A DNA stretch of 5,477 bases from Candidatus Auribacterota bacterium (GTDB taxonomy: Bacteria > Auribacterota > UBA6266), in the NCBI GenBank assembly GCA_023136205.1, contig JAGLRQ010000081.1, positions 1 to 5,477 on the forward strand. The letters run 5' to 3'. Positions within the stretch are counted from its first letter, which is position 1; each line of letters opens with the position of its first letter. A program made the position numbers and the translations under genes. The notes beneath the pieces were generated by a model. It saw only the letters and a list, made by a program, of their open reading frames with translations, did no database searches and was not told the DNA's origin. Shown one piece after another: positions 1 through 5,327 of this stretch.

Positions 1-23
1 TAAATTTAAAAAAATATTTTTAG

Positions 24-50
24 ACAGGATTAACAGGATTTCCACAGATT
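24..50 (+). repeat. three tandem direct repeats ACAGGATT / ACAGGATT / ACAGATT (spacing 9 and 11 bp)
   Basis: Read directly: 24-31 ACAGGATT, 33-40 ACAGGATT, 44-50 ACAGATT (preceded by CC at 42-43). Confidence 0.5.
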
Positions 51-120
51 TTAAAATTCAAATAGCCTATATTTTTAATTTCTTATCTTCTATATCAATA
101 TTCTGAATGTTTTTTACTCT

Positions 121-156
121 ATTTGTGTGATTTGTGTAATCTGTGTTCATCCGTGG
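121..156 (+). repeat. four tandem direct repeats ATTTGTGT / ATTTGTGT / ATCTGTGT / ATCCGTGG (spacing 9, 9, 10 bp), probable regulator-binding array upstream of the hydrolase gene
   Basis: Read directly: units start at 121, 130, 139 and 149. Consensus AT[TC][TC]GTG[TG]. The array ends 39 bp before GTG 195. The units are the inverted counterpart of the 24-50 array: rc of 42-50 is AATCTGTGG, against AATCTGTGT at 138-146. Confidence 0.55.
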
Positions 157-194
157 TTAGTATTTATATATCTTTATAATGGAGAAACCGCGCA

Positions 195-917
195 GTGAAA
201 GAAATAATCCTTGATACAAAAGACTCTGAAAAAATATATGCCAACTGGTTTAAAAATGACAATTCAGGTGTAATCCTTATATGTCATGGGTTGCTTGAAT
301 ATAAAGATTCATCGACTTTCAGATCTATTTCAGGGGAAATAGCCAAGAATTTTGATGTTTTGACTATTGATATGAGAGGGCACGGGAAAAGCACAGGAAA
401 ATATACTTATGGAGCAAAGGAAGCTTTGGATATTCAAGCCGGGATTGATTTTTTAAAAACAAGGTATAGCAAAATAGTTCTCATGGGGTTTTCTCTTGGC
501 GCGTCAGTTTCTCTTGAAGCGGCTGTAAAGAATAAGTGTGTGGACGGCCTTATTTTAATAAGTCCGCCGGCTTCTTTCAGTAAAATAAGGCCTAAATTGT
601 GGACAGTTGCTGCTATAAAGACTGGTATAGGAAATATTGGGTCAGGCAAAAAAGTGTGGGGATTTAATGTTTTTATGAAAAAACCGAGTAATCTCGATAA
701 TATAAAGAAGGTCAAAATTCCTGTTCTTATCTTGCATGGTACGAAGGATTGGGTAATTAACCATCGCCACAGCATTGAACTCAAAGATGTAGCCACACAG
801 AATGTGAAACTGATTATTGTCAAAGACGGTACACATGCAGAATATATGTATAAGCAGGATGCTCAAAAATTTGTTAACACAATTAATGATTGGCTGGGTG
901 AAAAAGGGGTTAAGTAA
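195..917 (+). CDS. alpha/beta-fold serine hydrolase (esterase/lipase or S33-peptidase-like), cytoplasmic
   Basis: 240-aa ORF. The only in-frame start after the TAA at 177-179 is GTG 195, 10 nt downstream of GGAG (181-184). Oxyanion-type HG motif (ICHGL, res 29-33). Nucleophile elbow G-F-S-L-G with Ser100 (nt 492-494). LHGTKDW (Asp185) and DGTHAE (His214) give a Ser-Asp-His triad in canonical order and spacing. No signal peptide or TM segment. Confidence 0.85.
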   Translation: MKEIILDTKDSEKIYANWFKNDNSGVILICHGLLEYKDSSTFRSISGEIAKNFDVLTIDMRGHGKSTGKYTYGAKEALDIQAGIDFLKTRYSKIVLMGFSLGASVSLEAAVKNKCVDGLILISPPASFSKIRPKLWTVAAIKTGIGNIGSGKKVWGFNVFMKKPSNLDNIKKVKIPVLILHGTKDWVINHRHSIELKDVATQNVKLIIVKDGTHAEYMYKQDAQKFVNTINDWLGEKGVK

Positions 918-975
918 AGATGAAAAGAAGAGTAGAATTGCAAACAGATTAATTTTATAATAAGTGTCTGTGTAA

Positions 976-1004
976 TCTACATATTGGCGTATCTAGTATA
1001 GAAT
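976..1004 (+). promoter_or_regulatory. weak candidate promoter for the PilZ-protein gene (TCTACA-17 nt-TAGAAT)
   Basis: TCTACA at 976-981, 17-nt spacer, TAGAAT at 999-1004, in the 165-bp gap between the hydrolase gene and the PilZ gene. Hexamer matches are 4/6 and 5/6. Confidence 0.2.
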
Positions 1005-1082
1005 GGTGATTTTTTATTTAAAAGGGAAGAACTGCAGGTAAAAATTCTAAAAAGATAGCAGAGAAAATTAAGAAGTGAAATC

Positions 1083-2939
1083 ATGGGATATTTAAGCCAG
1101 AATATAGACAGAAGGCGTTATATAAGAATTGATACCGTTTTGCCTGTTGCTTTTCAGCTTGTAGGCACTGATTCGGATGGCCCTCTGACAGATATTAAGC
1201 AGGGTTTTACCAGGGATATTAGCCGGAACGGCATGTGTCTGGTGATAAGGAATCTCGATAAAGAAACAGTGTCGTTGTTTGAAAAATCCGGCCATAAGGT
1301 TTTACTTCACATAGATTTAATCTATAAGAAAGCTCCGGTTCGTGTCGAGGGAAAAATCATTTCTTTCCACCAGGGGCGTTCTTCTCCCCCCAATGAGTTT
1401 GTCCTTAACATAGTTTTTACCGATATTGAGAAATCCGACGCGTCTTCCCTGGTACGTTATGCTCTTATAAGGAAAAACAGGATGCGTATTACCATCCTTT
1501 TTTCTGTTCTGGCGGGAATAGCTTTTATTTTCGCGACATGGAGGGGAATTAAGACAGAAGAAATGAAGCGTTTGACAGAAGATGCTTTCGCGAAGTTAAA
1601 GATTGAGAAGGTAAGTGTTGAGGAAAAATATGCCGGTTTTTATAATTCTAAGATGAAACTTGAAAAGAAGATAAAAATCTACGCGGAGAATCTTAAAGAA
1701 ATACAGAAAGTTGTGGAAGAAAAAGAACTTGCCGAGGAAACCCGGGGGAATGTTGAAGAGCAAATAGATGAAATTCAGGAGGCGAAGAAGTCTCTTGAGC
1801 GGGAATTAAAGAAGGTTTTAAGGAAAAAGGAATATTATGAGAAAGAAATCGCGAATCTAAGAGACAAATTTAAAAGCGATGAAGTTAGAATTACTTTTAA
1901 AAGCGGGGCTTCGATGATTGGTAAGGTTTTGTACCAGGGACGTGATAACATCAAACTCAAAATTCAGTATGGGATAATAGATGTAAATAAAGAAGAAGTA
2001 GATAAAATTGATTTTGTAACCTACGCGGAAAAAATAGCTGAAGAAGCAAAAGTAAAAGACCTCAGGATTTATCATTTCGAGAATAACGGTGTATGGCTGA
2101 ATATTACATGGATAAGCCAGAACCGGGATGTTAAAGAAATAGCAAAATTGAGAGAGTTTTTAAGGATATTGGAGATAAAAAAGATTTTCCTTGTAGTTAA
2201 AAGAGACGCGGGGTGGCTGCAGCCTCCCGGGAAACTTTCATTTGCCGGTTCTTTTATAAAAGAGATGAATAGGGGAAATACGAAATTCGAGTTTTATGCC
2301 TGCCTTAAAGGGCAGACTGAATTTAGTGACGAACCGGATACAGACCTATCGGGAGAATCTGATTACCGCGGCATAGTTGATACTGTGAAGGGACTCTGTT
2401 CAGAGTATCCGTTTGACGGTATACTATTAAACCTGGTTCCAGTGCCCAATGGAAACGAAATTTTCATTTCTCTTATAAAGGATTTGAAAAAGCAAGTTCC
2501 TTCAAAAAAAGTTTCAGTTGTCTCAATGGAATGGGGAAGTGAGGGTGAGGTTGATGTGTGGGACACGGATTATTACCGGGAGGTAACGTCTCTTGCCGAT
2601 TTCATAATTGTTCCCTGTTATGACGCTTATTTTGAAAATTCTGATATGTATATTTCATGGATCGATGAGCAAATAATTCAAATAAGCAATATTACCAAGT
2701 GCAATTTTCTTGTTGGAGTTTCAACCAGTAAAAAAACAAAGGAAGAACATAATCCTGTTATTGAAAATTTTGATAACGCTCTGGTTGGAATACGGTCTGG
2801 ATTAAACAATAAGGGTGCCGGCATTTCAAAGTTTGATGGGATCGCGGTTATGGGCAATTGGTCTACGACATCTGATGAGTGGAAAACATTTTTGTCACTA
2901 TGGGTTAAAAAGCCTTTCTATGTTAAAGAGGGGATCTAA
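1083..2939 (+). CDS. PilZ domain-containing single-pass membrane protein with coiled coil and C-terminal TIM-barrel-like (glycoside-hydrolase-like) domain
   Basis: 618-aa ORF, ATG 1083, with only a weak purine-rich SD (aagaagtga). PilZ signature pair RRRYIR (res 10-15, nt 1110-1127) and DISRNG (res 45-50, nt 1215-1232). Hydrophobic helix ITILFSVLAGIAFIFATW (res 136-153) preceded by RKNRMR. K/E-rich heptad-like region res 157-265. Beta-rich module res 266-312. C-terminal region res ~330-618 has eight alternating hydrophobic strand-like segments. All antisense ORFs in this span are short and low-complexity. Confidence 0.85.
   Translation: MGYLSQNIDRRRYIRIDTVLPVAFQLVGTDSDGPLTDIKQGFTRDISRNGMCLVIRNLDKETVSLFEKSGHKVLLHIDLIYKKAPVRVEGKIISFHQGRSSPPNEFVLNIVFTDIEKSDASSLVRYALIRKNRMRITILFSVLAGIAFIFATWRGIKTEEMKRLTEDAFAKLKIEKVSVEEKYAGFYNSKMKLEKKIKIYAENLKEIQKVVEEKELAEETRGNVEEQIDEIQEAKKSLERELKKVLRKKEYYEKEIANLRDKFKSDEVRITFKSGASMIGKVLYQGRDNIKLKIQYGIIDVNKEEVDKIDFVTYAEKIAEEAKVKDLRIYHFENNGVWLNITWISQNRDVKEIAKLREFLRILEIKKIFLVVKRDAGWLQPPGKLSFAGSFIKEMNRGNTKFEFYACLKGQTEFSDEPDTDLSGESDYRGIVDTVKGLCSEYPFDGILLNLVPVPNGNEIFISLIKDLKKQVPSKKVSVVSMEWGSEGEVDVWDTDYYREVTSLADFIIVPCYDAYFENSDMYISWIDEQIIQISNITKCNFLVGVSTSKKTKEEHNPVIENFDNALVGIRSGLNNKGAGISKFDGIAVMGNWSTTSDEWKTFLSLWVKKPFYVKEGI
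1104..1472 (+). other. PilZ (c-di-GMP binding) domain, residues ~8-130 of the 618-aa protein
   Basis: RxxxR (R11-R15) and D/NxSxxG (D45-G50) motifs about 30 residues apart at the N-terminus, followed by beta-strand-like segments (CLVIRNL, VLLHIDLIY, VRVEGKIISF, FVLNIVF) typical of the PilZ beta-barrel. Confidence 0.75.
1488..1541 (+). other. single transmembrane helix (residues 136-153)
   Basis: 18 consecutive hydrophobic or small residues. A basic cluster (RKNRMR) lies on the PilZ side, consistent with N-in topology. No other hydrophobic segment of TM length occurs in the protein. Confidence 0.75.
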
Positions 2940-2949
2940 TGCCCTGAAT

Positions 2950-3957
2950 TCACACTTTTTCTGCTGAACCGAGAACGTGTTCGTTTTTATGTTTATACAT
3001 ATCTATGAGAGCTTCGCGGGCAGGCCCTAGATATTTTCTCGGGTCGAACTCAGCAGGCTTTTCGGTAAATGTTTTTCTTATCATAGCTGTCATCCAGAGC
3101 CGCCCATCTGAATCTATATTTACTTTGCAGACAGCTGATTTTGCGGCTTTTCTCAACTGTTCTTCAGGTATACCTACTGTATCTTTTAAGGCGCCGCCGT
3201 TCGAGTTTATAATTTTTACCGCTTCAGGGGGAACGGATGAAGAACCATGGAGTACGATCGAGAATCCGGGAAGCTTCTTTTCAATTTCTTCAAGTATGTC
3301 GAACCTGAGTTCCGGCGGGACAAAGACGCCGTCCTTGTTTTTAGTGCACTGCTCCGGTTTAAATTTATTTGCCCCGTGAGAGGTTCCTATTGAGATAGCC
3401 AGGGAATCAACCCCTGTCCTTGTTACAAAGTCAATTACCTCTTCAGGCTGGGTATATATTGATTTTGCCGCCTGAACATCATCTTCAATGCCGGCGAGAA
3501 CCCCAAGCTCACCCTCTACCGTGACATCATATTTATGAGCAAGGTCGACAACTTTCTTTGTGAGGGCAATATTTTCCTCGTAGGAATGATGGGAGCCGTC
3601 AATCATAACGGAAGAAAATCCTGATTCGATACAGGATTTACAGAGTTCGAATGTATCTCCGTGGTCAAGGTGAAGAGCTATAGGTATTTGTTTAAGATTT
3701 TTTTCTTTAGCCATTTCTCTCATCATCGCGGCAGCGCCCTGTGCCATATATTTTAATAGTATCTGGTTCGCGTATTTTCTCGCTCCGCTGGAGACTTGCA
3801 GGATAACGGGAGATTGTGTCTCCACACACGCGGTAATGATTGCCTGAATCTGTTCCATGTTATTGAAGTTATAAGCGGGAACAGCATAGCCGCCATCCAT
3901 TGCTTTCTTAAACATTTCTTTAGTATTTACCAGCCCTAAGTCCTTGTAATTAATCAT
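2950..3957 (-). CDS. fba: class II (metal-dependent) fructose-1,6-bisphosphate aldolase, long anaerobe/Giardia-like form
   Basis: 335-aa ORF. ATG (rc of 3955-3957) is preceded by AAGGAGAG (rc of 3962-3969). Hallmark class II FBA blocks: AYNFNNMEQIQA, SPVILQVS, ALHLDHGD, GFSSVMIDGSHH, VEGELG, SIGTSHGANKF, VLHGSSSVP, KVNIDSD, FDPRKYLGP. Confidence 0.95.
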   Translation of the reverse strand: MINYKDLGLVNTKEMFKKAMDGGYAVPAYNFNNMEQIQAIITACVETQSPVILQVSSGARKYANQILLKYMAQGAAAMMREMAKEKNLKQIPIALHLDHGDTFELCKSCIESGFSSVMIDGSHHSYEENIALTKKVVDLAHKYDVTVEGELGVLAGIEDDVQAAKSIYTQPEEVIDFVTRTGVDSLAISIGTSHGANKFKPEQCTKNKDGVFVPPELRFDILEEIEKKLPGFSIVLHGSSSVPPEAVKIINSNGGALKDTVGIPEEQLRKAAKSAVCKVNIDSDGRLWMTAMIRKTFTEKPAEFDPRKYLGPAREALIDMYKHKNEHVLGSAEKV

Positions 3958-4021
3958 GATTCTCTCCTTTTGTAAGGCAGTTATGCGTTTCTAATGCAAA
4001 ATCCGGGATAAAATGAACCCC

Positions 4022-4030
4022 ATTATATCA
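4022..4030 (-). promoter_or_regulatory. candidate extended -10 promoter element for fba (TGaTATAAT on minus strand)
   Basis: rc of 4022-4030 reads TGATATAAT, a perfect TATAAT with the TGn extension, about 65 nt upstream of the fba ATG. The -35 region is poor (TTTGTT/CTTTGT), which extended -10 promoters tolerate. Confidence 0.4.
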
Positions 4031-4113
4031 GATTGTAAAAAATAACAAAGCCCAAAAATTAAATTTTGTTAGATTACTGTTTTTCTCTGCGGGTTTCCAG
4101 GCTAATAATCTTA

Positions 4114-4143
4114 TTGAAGAAATATACTTGCTAATGTTACTAT
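4114..4143 (+). promoter_or_regulatory. weak candidate promoter for lemA (TTGAAG-18 nt-TACTAT)
   Basis: TTGAAG at 4114-4119, 18-nt spacer, TACTAT at 4138-4143. Each hexamer matches consensus at only 4/6 positions and the spacer is 1 nt long. Confidence 0.2.
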
Positions 4144-4215
4144 AAGCGTGTCTGCGTGCCTGACTGTTGGTCATAACAGAAGATAAATCTCTTTTGAAGA
4201 GGAAGGAGGTATGAA

Positions 4216-4773
4216 ATGATAGTAGGTGTTATTCTTATAGTGTTGCTGTTGCTGATACCTGTTTTTATGGTTGTCGGTATATACAACGCGCTTATCAAGT
4301 TAAGAAACAGGGTAAAAAATGCCTGGAGCCAGATAGATGTTCAGCTTAAGAGGCGTTATGATTTGATTCCCAACCTGGTAGAAACTGCAAAGGGTTATTT
4401 GAAACATGAAAGGGAAGTTCTTGAAAATGTTACAAAAGCACGAACTCAGGCAATAAAAATTGACGAAGGTGTTGCCCAACAGGCTAAAGCCGAAAACTTT
4501 CTTAGCCAGACACTGCGCTCACTTTTTGCCGTAGTTGAGAATTACCCTGACCTGAAAGCTAGCCGGAACATGCTGGCAGTTCAGGAAGAACTGACTTCTA
4601 CTGAAAATAAAATTTCTTTCGCGAGACAGCATTACAACGATAGTGTGATGAAGGTTAATACGAAGATTGAAATATTTCCCTCGAATATAGTCGCGGGTAT
4701 GTTTAGCTTTAAGCAGGAAGAATTTTTCGAAGTTGAAGAAGAAGAAAGAAAAGCTGTGAAGGTTAAGTTTTAA
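4216..4773 (+). CDS. lemA: LemA family membrane protein
   Basis: 185-aa ORF. ATG 4216 lies 6 nt after AGGAGG (4204-4209). N-terminal TM helix ([21 protein letters not shown]), then the characteristic LemA block [54 protein letters not shown], and later ENYPDLKA and YNDSV. Confidence 0.9.
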   Translation: MIVGVILIVLLLLIPVFMVVGIYNALIKLRNRVKNAWSQIDVQLKRRYDLIPNLVETAKGYLKHEREVLENVTKARTQAIKIDEGVAQQAKAENFLSQTLRSLFAVVENYPDLKASRNMLAVQEELTSTENKISFARQHYNDSVMKVNTKIEIFPSNIVAGMFSFKQEEFFEVEEEERKAVKVKF

Positions 4774-4849
4774 TCCGCCTTCGCGAAATTTCCCGTACGT
4801 AAGTCCGTGGAGCTTCAGCAATCTGTTAAAGAAATAGCGTTGAGAAAAG

Positions 4850-4893
4850 AAAAAAGAAAGGAGGATGTATTAAGCATCCTCCTTTCTTTTTTT
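4850..4893. terminator. bidirectional rho-independent terminator shared by lemA (+) and the lipoprotein gene (-)
   Basis: Perfect 18-bp stem: 4850-4867 (AAAAAGAAAGGAGGATG region) pairs with 4875-4892. Loop is 7 nt (4868-4874, tattaag). The 5' arm starts with an A-run and the 3' arm ends in a T-run, so each strand reads as hairpin plus U-tract. It sits between two convergent stop codons (4773 and 4913). Confidence 0.8.
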
Positions 4894-4912
4894 AAATAAG
4901 ATGGAGCTAAAA

Positions 4913-5272
4913 TTATTTATTCATTGCCGCTCTTAGAGCATTCGCGTAAGTTTTAATAGCCGCGTCAAGTTTGGCTTTTGCCGCGTCGCGTTTAACTTTA
5001 GCGCGAAGAGAAGCTTTATACTTTGAATCTATTTCTTTTCTAGTTTTGTCCTTAACTTTTTCCTTTAGATAAGCCATCTTTGCTTTGCAAAGGGTTTTGT
5101 TGGCAGCACTGAATTCACTGCGCGCCCGATTTCTCGCGATTTTGAGGTTGAGAGTTTCATCCTCCACTCGCTGTGTCCGAACTTTTCTGACGGTTCTGCC
5201 AGCCGCGAAAGAACCAGTGCAGGAAACAAGAAAAACAATTAACAACAACGCGAGTCCGATTTTCTTAAGCAT
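4913..5272 (-). CDS. small basic alpha-helical lipoprotein, unknown function
   Basis: 119-aa ORF. ATG (rc of 5270-5272) lies 4 nt after AAGGAGGA (rc of 5276-5283). N-terminus MLKKIGLALLLIVFLVSC is an n-region, h-region and lipobox L-V-S-C (Cys18). The mature part is Lys/Arg/Ala-rich with no recognisable family motif. Confidence 0.7.
   Translation of the reverse strand: MLKKIGLALLLIVFLVSCTGSFAAGRTVRKVRTQRVEDETLNLKIARNRARSEFSAANKTLCKAKMAYLKEKVKDKTRKEIDSKYKASLRAKVKRDAAKAKLDAAIKTYANALRAAMNK
5219..5272 (-). other. type II (lipoprotein) signal peptide with lipobox LVSC
   Basis: Residues 1-18: basic KK at positions 3-4, an 11-residue hydrophobic core, then L-V-S-C matching the [LVI][ASTVI][GAS]C lipobox. 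The Cys18 codon is rc of 5219-5221. Confidence 0.7.
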
Positions 5273-5327
5273 ATATCCTCCTTCTATGTTTTATATCTCG
5301 AACAAATTTATAACATAGTGTAAAACC

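Noticed and set aside
38-46. DnaA-box-like ATTTCCACA plus CACA-containing repeats next to an AT-rich stretch, suggesting a replication origin
   Set aside because: Only this one site approaches the TTATCCACA consensus (7/9). The other units share just the CACA/TGTG core (about 6-7/9 even to the relaxed consensus). No dnaA or dnaN context is visible. A transcription-factor array explains the pattern more simply.
175-180. Perfect TATAAT hexamer immediately before the hydrolase SD
   Set aside because: A start site about 7 nt downstream would fall inside or after the GGAG SD, leaving a near-leaderless GTG-initiated mRNA. There is no acceptable -35 at 15-18 bp (best is TGGTTA with a 15-nt spacer). 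I cannot call it a promoter without transcription-start data.
434-866. Two minus-strand ORFs (434-823, 129 aa; 642-866, 74 aa) inside the hydrolase gene
   Set aside because: Both are fully antisense to an ORF with a complete Ser-Asp-His hydrolase signature. Their translations are low-complexity (F/I/L-rich) with no motifs and no SD. They are typical shadow ORFs of AT-rich coding DNA.
920-952. 10-codon micro-ORF (MKRRVELQTD) just after the hydrolase stop
   Set aside because: It is too short to evaluate, has only a marginal purine stretch upstream, and nothing supports it without conservation or ribosome-profiling data.
918-1082. Possible c-di-GMP riboswitch or other structured leader upstream of the PilZ gene
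   Set aside because: The region is A-rich, has very low GC and no paired G/C-rich helices. Nothing resembles the conserved GEMM-type stems.
1092-2566. Three minus-strand ORFs (1092-1295, 1857-2075, 2363-2566; 67-72 aa) inside the PilZ-protein gene
   Set aside because: They are antisense to a long ORF with clear domain signatures. The 1857-2075 product is a poly-F/Y/I mirror image of the K/E-rich coiled-coil codons. No ribosome-binding sites are present.
2966-2988. GAAC...GTTC stem followed by a T-run inside the fba 3' end, as a terminator for the PilZ gene
   Set aside because: The stem is only 4 bp, with either a sterically impossible 2-nt loop or a 9-nt loop. It is far too weak to call an intrinsic terminator.
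3005-3379. Plus-strand 124-aa ORF antisense to fba
   Set aside because: The opposite strand encodes an unmistakable class II aldolase. The plus-strand translation is Ser/Phe-rich with no motif or SD.
4211-4219. ATGAAATGA mini-ORF (Met-Lys-stop) whose stop overlaps the lemA ATG
   Set aside because: The ATG at 4211 is only 1 nt from the AGGAGG, too close for initiation. ATG 4216 has ideal 6-nt spacing and yields the canonical LemA N-terminal TM helix. The mini-ORF is most likely incidental.
4519-4821. Minus-strand 100-aa ORF overlapping the lemA 3' half
   Set aside because: It is antisense to conserved LemA sequence. It would start within the lemA-terminator spacer without an SD and has no recognisable motif.
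5085-5318. Plus-strand 77-aa ORF (TTG start) antisense to the lipoprotein gene
   Set aside because: It has a non-ATG start and no SD. The minus-strand ORF has a consensus SD, a signal peptide and a lipobox, and fits the terminator and promoter layout.
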